Source of the DNA: Eledone cirrhosa | Taxonomy: Eukaryota | Assembly: GCA_964016885.1 (NCBI GenBank) | Contig: OZ024743.1 | Location: 223,572,001-223,636,000, forward strand | Reading direction: 5' to 3' | Length of the DNA: 64,000 nucleotides | Shown here: piece by piece, positions 1 through 11,894 of the stretch | Numbering within the stretch: the stretch's first letter is position 1 | How the letters are laid out: every line of letters begins with the position of its first letter | Notes under the pieces: generated by a model | Seen by the model: the letters and a program-made list of their open reading frames with translations, nothing else | Told to the model about the DNA's origin: nothing | The model's database searches: none | Translations under genes and position numbers: made by a program

Positions 1-199
1 GCTTTTCATCAAATACTGGGGTCAATTCAATACATTTTTCTTGTTACTTTGTTACCTGATTTCTTCTGTTTAACTCTTTTATGTAAATCTCCACTACTCC
101 TGTTTATTCATATTGTAGTTAATGTTTTCAGCCTCAATGGTCAATAAATAAACCACCACCACCACCACCATCACTATTATTATTATTATCATTATTATC

Positions 200-430
200 A
201 CAGTGGTGGATTTGCAGTAGAAGTAGAGCATTGGACACTACACTATGCTTTGCAGCATAGTGTTATGGCCCTTTACGTTCTGTGTTCAAATCCCGCCGAG
301 GTTAGCTTTGCCTTTCATCCTTACGGGTGTCAATAAAATAAAGTACCAGTAATGCACTGGGGTTGATTTAATCGACTTTCCTCTCTCCCAAAATTGCTGG
401 CCTTGTGCCTATAGTAGAAATCATTATCAT
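200..430 (+). mobile_element. tRNA-derived SINE (degenerate head, conserved central domain)
   Basis: B-box-like GTTCAAATCCC at about 284, followed by TTTGCCTTTCATCC...AATAAAGTACCAGT...AAATTGCTGGCCTTGTGCC. Partial copies recur at about 15532-15625 (+) and 1958-2050 (-). Confidence 0.6.
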
Positions 431-1439
431 TATTGATGTTTATGTTCATTCATCCAGTAATTATTTATAAAGAATAGCCAAAAAATGATTTTCATTTTTT
501 GCATTTATCTTGTGTTTACTCTTTCATACTTGAAAGCTCTCATTGTATTATTTATCAGACTTTGTAACAAACTGCCACAGCATGACTCAATGTTTCTTTG
601 GTGAAAAGCTCCACCCACAAGAGTTTCCATATCATACTACTAACACACCAACATTCTAATTTAGTCTCAGGTCAACCTTGATCAAGTATATCTATGATCA
701 AAGTCATTCTAACCATGATAATCCTATCTTTTCATATATTTTGTTGTTTTTATTATCACATAGTGAGGGAAAGAAAGTGTCTTCAAACTAAAGACCTAGT
801 TCAAATACTTGCAACAGAGCCCACACCAGGGGTCTTTATTTAACTCATTGTAGAGTCATTGGGGCACTGTTGTAACATACAGTATTTATTGGGTCTTTAA
901 ACCTGGTGAAGTCCAATTCTCTCCATGTCAGAACACTGCTGATTTCTTCTAGAGAAAGAGAGAACAACCTGGAGAGGCAAAGCCATGCCATTCAAATGCA
1001 TTGTGGAGGGGGGGGGGGGTTAGTAAAATGAATAATTTTCTCATTACTTAGCTGGTGTTTGGAACATAACTTAAAAGTTCTTATATAAAATCTTTTTGAT
1101 GATGATGATTATGATAAACACTTTAAATCAAACAGTTTTGTATCATAGAACTAGGAACACTTTGATGTGGTTTTTTATCAAAAAGATCAACTACATTTGA
1201 ACCTCATTTCATTGTTTTGAATCCAGAATTTGAAGAATTTTTGCAGGTGAAAGGTGTCAATTGGCTCAAACTAACCAGGGTGAATGAAATGGGCTTGATA
1301 TGAGAAGAAACACAAAGGCAATGAGTTGTGTGTTATCAGGTTGGAAGAGCATATGAATATTAGGCTATTTATAGCTGCCGCAGCCTAAATCTATGGGAAG
1401 GATTGTGGACTTGTCAGTTTATCTCAAATAACCTATTTG

Positions 1440-1835
1440 TGAGAAAGAGAGAAAGAAAAGGAGGAGTCAGAGAAAGGAGTAGGGGAGTTAGAAGAGAGCA
1501 AGGAAGAGAGAAGGGCAAGTGAGAGTAGTGAGAGGAAGAGAAAGGGAGAAAGAGAAGAGAGAAAAGAGGAGATGAGAGAAGAGAGAGGAGAGATGAAAGG
1601 GTGGGAAATGAGGGGAGAGAAGAGAGAGATGAGAATAGGAGGAAAGAGAGAGGGAGTGGAGAGAAGAGAGAGAGAAGAGAAAGGAGAGTGGAGAAGAGTG
1701 ATCAGGGAGAAAAAAATGAGGAGTGATAAAAGAGAGTGAGAGGAGAGAGAATAGAGAGGAGGAGAATGGTGTAGGGGGAGAGAATGAGAGTGTGAGAAAA
1801 AAAGAGAGAGAGGGAGAAAAGAGTGAGGTGAGAGA
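1440..1835. repeat. Purine-rich (GA) low-complexity tract
   Basis: Almost entirely A/G on the + strand; the 138-aa Ser/Leu ORF is a by-product. Confidence 0.9.
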
Positions 1836-2899
1836 TGTACCCGTTTCATTCCTAATTCCTACTTGAGAATCTATTTAGAGAATATATACTCTTCTGTCTA
1901 GAGAGATTGTGATTATAGTCACTAATAATAAGGACTTTATTAAACCAGAATTAAATTCCTCAGTATTTGTTCCGGCTTATTGCGCTCTGAGTTCCAATCC
2001 AGCTGATATCAACTTTGCTTTTCATCCTTTTGAGGTTGATAACCAAAATATCAATCCATAGTCGGTGAACTGGCAGATCTATTAAAGACTTCAATAGGAT
2101 ATTTGTGGTATCTGATCCATCATTGAGCTTACTGAGTTCAAATACCACCTCCTATCAGGAGTTGTGTTTGGCACATAGTAATGGAAAGACTAGTTGAAAC
2201 ATTGTTTCCTTAGTCTGATCTGATGATTGGCTCCTATCCTTTCCATTAAACCAGAAAATCTGATTTGTATAATTATCACTCTACTAGCAGCTAAGTCATC
2301 TAATTAATTATTAATGTGCTACATTATGTGTTTTGGATAATGTAAAATATACAATAGAATATATTTTACTCTAGTAATACAAGTTTTAAGTATTGGGGAA
2401 CAGGTTAAGAGATTTGTTTATAATTAATTGTCTAGAGTGTTCCATCACACTTCACAGGAACAGCTAAAACTTATACACTACACATCAAGCTGTTCCAAGT
2501 AGTCCATGTCATGCAATAAAAAGCAATTAAATAAACTTATAAACAAATGAAAGATATATAGATAATAAGAACTCAATGCAAGGAAGCTGTTAAAACAGCA
2601 AAATGCCATCAATGATGAGAGTATTTAAATGTTTGTGTGACCTCTCATCCATTTTTCTTCCTTTTCTCCTTTCTTTGTATCACTTCTGTGGGTCAATACA
2701 CTTCTAGCCACTGATTTCTATTATTTGAGGTAAATTTTACCTGATGCCGTCATTGACAACATTTTGCTGTTTTAACAGCTTCCTTGCATTGAGGTTTTCC
2801 CATTGAAACTCAATATTCGAGATAACTTTCTTGATATATAGATAAAAATAAAACATGGAAAAGAAAAATTTCAAACATATGGATAGGATATTTCCTTAC

Positions 2900-3052
2900 T
2901 TTCAGGTTTTGCTTTGCGAAATATTTTTGTAGACCCTTCATAACGGAGCACCATCTTGTCTCGATCGAGGATGTAGATACGCTCATATTGGTTACCATGT
3001 TTCACCTTATTCATTATGATACCTTTCTCAAGTTGTTTGAGGTCAACCTCCA
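2900..3052 (-). CDS. Internal coding exon, probably the N-terminal PH domain of a phosphoinositide phospholipase C (delta/eta/PLC-like type)
   Basis: Polypyrimidine tract and acceptor (tttctctcatttgttttag|TGGAG) and donor (CCTGAAA|gtaagg). 153 bp, phase 1-1, open: EVDLKQLEKGIIMNKVKHGNQYERIYILDRDKMVLRYEGSTKIFRKAKPE, matching the G-x-x-M-x-K...R-x-Y-x-L-D...L-x-Y/W-x-x-S-x-K pattern of PLC PH domains. Family assigned by recognition only. Confidence 0.65.
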
Positions 3053-3255
3053 CTAAAACAAATGAGAGAAAAAAGAAAGAAACCAAAGCTAATTAGATTC
3101 AGCCAGAAAATCAATTAGATTAGATTGTACTAAAATTCTTCTTTTGAATATAATACTGTAAACTAGAAAAATTGTGTTAACCTCAAGTAAAATTCCTGAT
3201 ATCATTATAAACATCATCAAGAAATGGATGCTAAACGATGATGATGATGATGATG

Positions 3256-3286
<31 letters not shown>

Positions 3287-3465
3287 CAATAATATTAATA
3301 AATGGAAGCTATCTTTATAAAACCAGATTTATTTTATTATATATATTTCAAGGGTACCAACATTTTGGTACACTCTCATCAGATAAAATACAAAAAATTG
3401 GTTTACAGATAGTGACATATTCAGTCAAGAACTTAATGTTGTGAGTTCTATCTGAATAGGTATTG

Positions 3466-3504
<39 letters not shown>

Positions 3505-3509
<5 letters not shown>

Positions 3510-4514
3510 TGGAAGATCACTGATGAAGGACTAATTTTATTCATATGTAATCCATGTGCAACCACGCAGCACTCCATTTTTCTTATATATATATATATAT
3601 ACGGTCGTAAATACCTGGATAAAATCCTTCTCTTAATGCTTTCCTGTGTTTTCTCTTTTATACTATTATATATATACATATAGGCAGGTTGTACGATGCC
3701 TGCATACGAACAGCAATGCTGCATGGCAGTGAGACCTGGGCATTGTGTGCAGAGGATATACGCAGACTAGAGAGGAACGAAGCTTGCATGCTCCGCTGGA
3801 TGTGTAACAGTAATATACGTGAACGGCAAAGCATAAACGAACTAAGGAAAAAATTAGAGATAAGAGAGATCAGATGTTGTTTACTCGAGAGAAGGCTACG
3901 TTGGTATGGACACGTGATGCGCATGAAAGTCGATAGCTGTATAACAAAGTGCAGGGCAATAAAGATAGACGGTAGTCACGGAATAGGCAGACCTAGAAAA
4001 ACCTGGGACGAGCTGATAAACTCCGACATCACACACTTACACCTCTCCAAGACAATGTCACTGGACCGAGACCTTTGGCGGTACTCAGTAACAGAGAAGA
4101 CCCGCCTTACCTAAATATATAGTAAAACCTACTCCAGCCAGTAGGCATCCCTAACAAAATACACCCCGTCCCACCACCCCCACCCCTACCCCATCCACAC
4201 CACCCCGTTCTACGTAAAGTTATGTTGGTGCCGCGCCATCGAGGCCGAAACAAATGAGATCGTGTAGGTGTCACGACAAAAAAACACACAGTCCACGCTG
4301 TAATGTGGCCGTGTAGGCAACACGGTAAAAACCTCCCAGACCCACACTGTAAATGTGGTTGGTGTTAGGAAGGGCATCCAACTGTAGAAAACCTGCCAGA
4401 CAGTCCTATGCGAGCAAGACAATCACTCTTGCCTCAAGTGGGACTACCCCCGTCCAAACCCATGCAAGCGTGGAACACGGACGTTAAACGTTGATGATGA
4501 TGATGATGATGATG

Positions 4515-4565
<51 letters not shown>

Positions 4566-5373
4566 GTATAAAAGAGAAAACACAGGAAAGCATTAAGAGA
4601 AGGATTTTATCCAGGTATTTACGACCGTATATATATATATATAAGAAAAATGGAGTGCTGCGTGGTTGCACATGGGTTACATATGAATAAAATTAGTCCT
4701 GCATGAGTGATCTTCCAACTTTCATTGGTATTTCATCGCTTTAAAAATCATATACCTCTGGTTGGTGCGAGCAATGACTAAATAAAGTTATTGGGACAAG
4801 TGAAATAGACGAGCGAGACATTTGGAAGATCACTGATGAAGAACTAATTTTATTCATATGTAACCCATGTGCAACCACGCAGCACTCCATTTTTCTTATA
4901 TTTATATTTTTTCCTCAGCTGCGATTGTCTGTTTCTTTCTTACTGCTTCTCCTCTCTCTCTGTATCTCTCACCTTCTTTTTACCCCCTCTGCCAGTCACA
5001 CTCTCTCTCTCTCGGCTGGCCTCTTCCTCACACTTCCACTCACCCACTCTCTGCTTCTTCCCCTCACTCACTTCCTCCCGGTTGACCTGTGTGGAATCCT
5101 TTTCTCGCTCACATCTCACCCATGTCGGATGGTCTGTATCTCTCGTCCATGAATTCACCAAGCTTAAGCTTACAGATATCATGTGCTTGTCTCTTCCTAT
5201 CTTTCCGTTGCAATACCATCGTTGTTTGTTTAAATGTCTCATTCGTTTCACCCTATTTTACTTGTCCCAATAACTTTATTTCGTTATTGCTCGCACCAAC
5301 CAGAGGTATATGATTTTTAAAGTGATGAAATACCAATGAAAGTTGGAAGATCACTGATGAAGGACTAATTTTA

Positions 5374-5380
<7 letters not shown>
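3505..5380. repeat. Unclassified element of about 521-bp period with direct and inverted copies, interrupted by the RTE insertion
   Basis: TTGGAAGATCACTGATGAAG at about 3509, 4822 and 5343; 3505-3666 is inverted at 4563-4721; bounded by (TA)n. Confidence 0.7.
3683..4516 (+). mobile_element. 5'-truncated RTE-clade LINE (ORF C-terminus, 3' UTR, (GAT)n tail)
   Basis: ORF 3689-4114 has AMLHGSETW, RRLRWYGHVMR and GRPRKTW; ends GGACGTTAAACG(ATG)n. Near-identical to 41631-43090. Confidence 0.9.
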
Positions 5381-5411
<31 letters not shown>

Positions 5412-5477
5412 GGTGGAACACTGGAAGGTAATATCCGTAGTGGTAGAGCACTCAATCCAAGGGACGAGTTAGGTAGC

Positions 5478-5553
5478 AGTGGTTACACAACAGTTAGTTC
5501 ACCATACCGAGAACAATTGTTCTCGGTATGGTGAACTAACTGTTGTGTAACCA

Positions 5554-5555
<2 letters not shown>
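5478..5555. repeat. Perfect 78-bp palindrome inside a short insert between (TA)n tracts
   Basis: AGTGGTTACACAACAGTTAGTTCACCATACCGAGAACAA is followed immediately by its exact reverse complement (centre 5516/5517). Confidence 0.95.
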
Positions 5556-5600
<45 letters not shown>

Positions 5601-5835
5601 TCAATGATATTAAATAAATGGAAACTATATTTATTCTATTATATATATTTCAAGGGTACCAAAACTTTGGTACGCACTCATCAGTAAAATACAAAGTTTG
5701 TTTTATAAATATTGACATAACCAGGAAGAAGATCTTAACGGTTCAAGTTTTTCCAGAAAATCTGTCGAGTGCTTTGAATCAGTTATAAACATTTATATTT
5801 GTTGAATTACCAACAAATTAAATATCACTTTTGCT

Positions 5836-5866
<31 letters not shown>

Positions 5867-5938
5867 ATAATCAAAAAAATGTGAAGATTAAAATCCGAAG
5901 AGGGCCTGATATGGATCATATATATATACATGTAAATA

Positions 5939-6454
5939 CTAGCTGAGGTACCCAGTAATACCTGGGAGCAGGGGTATTCCCAGTTCCCATTAAAATGCCC
6001 AATGCCTCTCAGACCAAAAATGAAATCAAAATATATTATAGATAATCAAAAGCGAAGACAAAAACATTTACAAAACAATAATACAAACAAATATTGTTGA
6101 TTGCATTGGTCAGGCGAAAAAATGTTTGTCAGAGAAGTTGAGTATTGCTATAAGGAAAAAAATAGAACCTCCATTAGGGTGTCTTAATATTATTGAAATT
6201 TGCTGAAATTTTGTGGAAAGGCATCATATCTTGTCATTTACCTATGGTTTAAATTTCATATAAATCGAAAGGAAAAAACTTTCAGCAGGGGTTTTCACGC
6301 CCCGGGGAACCCTTTGATTAAAATGAAATATACGTAAGAAATCAAATGGGCAGGAGCCCCACACACGTGTGAAGTTTCATCAAGATCGGTTTGGTAGTTT
6401 TTGAGTTTTAGGTTCACAAACAAACAGACAGAAATTGCCATTTATGTATATAGA
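5939..6454 (-). mobile_element. Non-autonomous Helitron
   Basis: On the - strand it begins A|TCTATATAC and ends with the hairpin CCCAGGTATTACTGGG about 10 nt before CTAG|T. Inserted between A and T with no TSD. Confidence 0.75.
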
Positions 6455-6477
6455 TATATAAAAACCGTAGAGCAAAT

Positions 6478-6643
6478 CATCATCATCATCCTCATCATCA
6501 TCGTCGTTTAACGTCTATCTTCCACGCTAGCATGGGTTTCGACGGGAATTGTCCCACTTGAGGCAAGATTGGTCGTCTCGCTCGTATAGGACTGTCTGGC
6601 AGGTTTTCTACGGCTCGATGCCCTTCCTAACACCAACCACGTT
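6478..6643 (-). mobile_element. RTE LINE 3' tail fragment
   Basis: Reverse complement of the 3' end of the copy ending at 15356, including the (CAT)n tail. Confidence 0.85.
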
Positions 6644-6644
6644 T

Positions 6645-7193
6645 ATTTATTAAAATAACAGATTAAAGTTTAAGCAAAGAATCGCTGCTTTCACTCTTAA
6701 CGGGATCTTCTGAAACTAAAAAAAATCAATCTGTGGATATAGAAGTAAATATTTCGAAAAACGTTACAACCGAAGGAAAACAGAAAGACGATACTTTGGT
6801 TCGTGAAGACGTTCTCTGGCAATGAACGGATAAAAGCAGAGATAATACGTTGTTATGTGGAGCGATGAGAACAAATACACGCAAAGACAAAACCATGTTT
6901 ATGGTATAAATGGAGACAGCCTAATATCCTATTTAGGAAACTGAATGATTCTCGGCTTCAGAGTTAAGAATAATTTAAATAAATTAGTAGAACGAAAATG
7001 ACAGAGGTTATTAAAATCATAAAAGTAATAATAATTTATTTACATTATTCTTAACTCCATTTCCTAAATAGAATATTAGGCTATGACTCCATTTATACCA
7101 TAAACGTGGTTTTGTCACAGATTGATTTTTTTTTTAGTTTCTGAAGGGTGAAAGCAGGATTCTTTGCTTAAACTTTAATCTATTATTTTAATA
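6645..7193. repeat. Fold-back (inverted-repeat) element
   Basis: 6645-6735 is inverted at 7116-7193 and about 6889-6980 at about 7045-7113; a related copy lies at about 7820-7900. Confidence 0.7.
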
Positions 7194-7506
7194 AATATTT
7201 GTTCTAGGGTTCTTATATCACCTTGATCACCTTGACCGACCAGTCTGTCGGGCGTCTATTCAGCACCGCTGGTCACAGCACCCCATCCTTTCCTCTCTTG
7301 ATCGTGCTTTCCTCATCCATGTAGTCCCAATCATATTCCTAAAATCATAACTCCACCTTCGTGCAGTTGCCGAGTGGTACCCGCGCGGGTTCTCATATAT
7401 TTAATATATATTTATCCTTATCGAGCCCTCTTTGGATTTTAGTCTTCACATTTATTATTATTACTAAATATATATATATATATTAATATATATATATATA
7501 TATATA

Positions 7507-7554
<48 letters not shown>

Positions 7555-8081
7555 TATGTTTATATTGCAAGGTAAAGAGCAGACATCTGGCCAGACTTCA
7601 CTCATAACAGGACCACCAAGTAACACAGCTCCAATATGAGTAAGGCTTGGTGTGGCCAACTGGCCAGACCTCCCTCATAGGGGGTCTACCTGGCTACCTG
7701 GCTCCCAAACTATGGTTCCAATGAGCAAGGTACAACGCAGCCAACTGGTCCCATGATGTGGGCGACCCATCAAATTCATGCAAGCATGAAAAAATAGACA
7801 TGATGATGATATATTATTAGCGCAGATTAAAAATTTAAGCAAACAATTTCTGCTTTCACCCTTATATAGGATCTTCCGAAACCAAAATATATATCGATTC
7901 AGGCAGACAGATTTAAAAAAAGTATTTTAAAATTTTACAAGCAAATATTACATCCAAATATAGAAAGACAACGGCATCACATGAAAATGTTAGTTACAGC
8001 TATGACTGGGCTAATAATAAATATTTGCTCTACAGTTTTATATATATATTATTATATTGTTGCGTAAATGTATTACTGCAA

Positions 8082-8175
<94 letters not shown>

Positions 8176-8204
8176 GTATATATATATATATGTATATATG
8201 TATG

Positions 8205-8244
<40 letters not shown>

Positions 8245-8334
8245 TACACACTACACACACACACACATATATGTGTGTGTATATATATATATATGTATGT
8301 ATATATATACACACCACACACACACATATATATA

Positions 8335-8365
<31 letters not shown>

Positions 8366-8420
8366 TGTATGTGTGTGTATATATATATATATATTGTATG
8401 TGTGTGTGTATATATATATA
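8082..8420. repeat. Compound (CT)/(TA)/(CA)/(TG) microsatellite
   Basis: Direct inspection. Confidence 0.95.
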
Positions 8421-10013
8421 CGACTAAACTGGCAACACCACCAAGGTTTCTTGGTGAGGAGGGTGACTTTGGACATCCTGCAGGACTAAAAACAAAACCT
8501 GTCAAAGGGCAAAGGAGCTCTTAAGAGACAATGACCATCCAAAATCACCGGGAGAGATGACCCCTTAGCCTTTGTCAAGGCAGAATTCTAGGAGAAGGAA
8601 AACTCTGATATAACACCTGCAACGCTGATGGTATACAATATGTTGACTTCTTTTTGGTAAATATCATCTTGGTTAAGAGAGTGGGACTGGCTTTGTGCAG
8701 TGCCTTTGCTCACTATAAAAGCTTCACGGCACAGGCATTGCTTTATATCTGGAGATCTCTCTGCACTTGTCGTCACATGGTACCATGGGCCCAGCACTAT
8801 GTGTCAATAATTGTCACAGGTGTAGTGTTTGTACCAGAGTTTTCAAGTCGCTGGCTGGACTAAAAGGTCACACTCGTTCAGCGCAACGGTAGGAGTTCTC
8901 CTACATGGATATAAAGTGGTGGCCGTACTCGAAAACGAGTTGGCAGCCACCATATATATATATACAACTCTTATGGAGTTTTCTCTGGATTTTGGTCTTT
9001 GTATTTACTACTACTACTACATATATAACAGGATGAGATGTTGATCATAGGTTTACTAAATTTTGGCCATTACCACAAGTCAACCTAAGCTTTTTTGAGT
9101 GATAGAAACTTTGTGGAAACCAATTGAATGTACACTACACGTTCTTGGCTGGCAGACTTAATCTGTCAACCATTTTAACCCCTCCCTACCTCAGTGGCTC
9201 TTGGGTACCTTTAGTGGAGTCCACTCTGTGGCAACCTTTTGGACTCGGACTCTGGATTATTGTTTGGGAATAATTCAATATCTTGATGTGTTGCTTCATA
9301 CTGCAGTACACTGAGTTATAGTTTCTTCTGTCTTTTTTCACACCAGTTTTGAAGATCTGGCAAAGAGTTGAGAGTGTGAGTGTGTGTGTGTGTGTGACAA
9401 ACATCTGTACAGTTTCAGTCTAGCACCCAAGGTGTCATGCAGTTGGATAAAATGCAGAACCTTGTAGTTGTGATATAAACTTTCCAACAACATAACGATG
9501 CATACATATATATATTTTTATTGTACAGCCAATGTTTGCGTACGTGTTCAGAGCTATGAATGTAAGATTTAGTTCTCCCATGTCATAGTTGAAATAACTT
9601 AAGACTTCCTGCATTTTATATTCATGACTTCATAGTCCAACTGAAGGATCAAAACAACTTTTATCATAATCTCATTTTTGTAAATAACCGAAAATTCTTT
9701 GAACACATTTCCTAACATGGCATATGGAATGCTTATCTGTGTATATATTTAACAAAAGAACAAAACAAAGTGAAAAAAAAAAAATCTTAATTTAGCACAT
9801 TTGTATATTGTATGTTTTTTTTTTACTAGAATTATTTAAATTTAGAAAACCTCAGAGTTGTAATACTAAGTTAAACAACAAAGATAAATGTATTAGTTGT
9901 TGTTTAACCCCAGGTTAGCTCTGATCTAGCTGACCTAGAATCAACATCATTCCAGCTGTAATTATTTATATCTATTTATATCTTTTTTTCCTTAACATAT
10001 TATATGTGGGTCT

Positions 10014-10242
10014 CAGGGCTGGATTTAAACTTTGGGAAGCCCAGGGGACTTCAGGTTTGGGGGGGCCCCTAATACATAAAAAATTAGAATACACAGCAAA
10101 CACAAATTTTACATATCAAAATTATACTTGTATGTATTAAATTAAAAAGTTCTAACCATCCTAAAACTAAAAAGCCCAGCTATGACTGTCATTTGGGGCC
10201 TGGGGCAACTGCCTCCTTTACCCCCCATTAAATCAGGCCCTG
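10014..10242. mobile_element. hAT-like MITE
   Basis: Terminal inverted repeats CAGGGCTGGATTTAA / TTAAATCAGGCCCTG, resembling the ends of 59771-62882; no clear TSD. Confidence 0.55.
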
Positions 10243-10479
10243 GCAGAACTCCATGATCTAGTGTGTCCTTTTCTATGATGGCTAGGTGCGATATAAAGGA
10301 GATATGGGTGTTATTTCTAGCAGGCTAAGTAACACATATGGCTTGCATTTGTTTTTAGTCTTATTCCTATGAAATTGTAAATTTGCTAAGAATATAGTTT
10401 TATCCTCTTCCACATTTTACTTCTATATGGTGCTCTGACACCTCTTCACTCATGATTATCATCCATATGTATCACGTGT

Positions 10480-11190
10480 CTATCTACACCAGTGCACACT
10501 CCATATTCCTCTTATGCCCCTTTTTCCTTCTTACTGTCTATGCTTTGCTGTTCATCATCATCATCATCATCATTGTTTAACATCTATCTTACACATCCAG
10601 CTGAGCATGCCCACATCATTTCACACATCCTCTGTAGCAAGCAATATTGCATTTCATACACATGTGTCACACAGTCTATCATACAACCAACTTGAATTGC
10701 AGCTAAGTCACTTCATTGTCAATAGTGGTAGTAGCTCCCTGAACTTATATAATTTTGATTTTATTCGCCACTATACTTTCAGAGCATCTCTTCCACTACT
10801 AATTAGGCTGCCTAGGTAACAAAAGCTATCAACTGCATCTATGGAGCTTTCCTTGGATTGGAAAAAATTTATTTCACTGGTGTTTTGACTATTAAATACC
10901 CTTGTGTATCTGCCACATGCAAACTATTTTTCTTTGTTTAGCCTGCCTGTGATTCTACTAAATCATTTATGCATCCAAATTTTACACTGGGTGTACAGTA
11001 TGGAATTTCTACATGCTCCTTTTTTGTAAATTGAGCACAGCCATTTCCCTGATGGTAGCATGATCCAGTATTCTTTACTACTTTCTAAGCAACAATTTTA
11101 TTTTGAGGTCTTTCAATTCTAGGATTTGTTTGCAAGTTTAAGTTTAGAATTTCTTCTCTAATGTATTTTGATATCAATCAGAGAGAATTG
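10480..11190 (-). mobile_element. Highly decayed RTE LINE fragment
   Basis: Scattered similarity to the reverse complement of the RTE RT region (catccagctgagcatg, ctaggtaac, ccatttccctgatgg). Confidence 0.45.
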
Positions 11191-11230
11191 TGATGATGAT
11201 AAAGTTTTAGTATTCAAAGTATAGCAATTG

Positions 11231-11266
11231 CTGTATATACTCATATATAAGCTGAGAAATATGTGA

Positions 11267-11304
<38 letters not shown>

Positions 11305-11756
11305 GATGGTAAAAGTGGGGTGGTTATATTCAATGTCAATAGTTGGCCAATTTTCATCAACTTTAAAATTCTACGTAAGTGAGATGCTAAAATATTTTCA
11401 TTTTGGAGATGAATATTGCACCAGTTTCACTTTCAACAAAAAATTCGTATTTCCTATTATTTTGATATATTTTGAATGACTATGGCCTTCAAAATGGTCA
11501 GAAATAGGTAAAAAAATCATTGTGTAATGAAGTTGTGAAACAAAAACTATACTCTAAATGACACTTAAAACATTTTAAATATTAAAATATCAAAACTTCA
11601 TAAATATATTGTCCACTCATAAGAACTTCAAAATTGCTCCATTTTAACATAATGTGTTGGTTACCTGCCTCAGCTTATAAACTGGGTTTGGATTTTTGCT
11701 TATTTATTAGGGGGATCGGCTTATGTTCAGATAGACTTATATTCAAGTATATATGG
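11231..11756. mobile_element. Tc1/mariner (Tc2-like) non-autonomous element
   Basis: Degenerate TIRs CTGTATATACTCATATATAAGCTGA ... GACTTATATTCAAGTATATATGG. Confidence 0.5.
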
Positions 11757-11894
11757 GCATCTAGCTATAGAAATCAAGCCAGCATCAGTTCCCGTCCCAC
11801 CCTTGCAAGCAGGGAAAAAGCGGATGTAAAATGAAATGAAATTAAATTAAATGAAATATGGTAAGTGTAATTATAATGGACATAAAAAAACAGG

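Noticed and set aside
855-970. Possible further minus-strand exon (ctctctttctctag acceptor)
   Set aside because: Translation does not resemble the expected continuation of a PH domain and there is no convincing donor.
3515-3570. CTGATGA in the 521-bp element as a hammerhead
   Set aside because: No stem II-GAAA-stem III-UH in the required arrangement.
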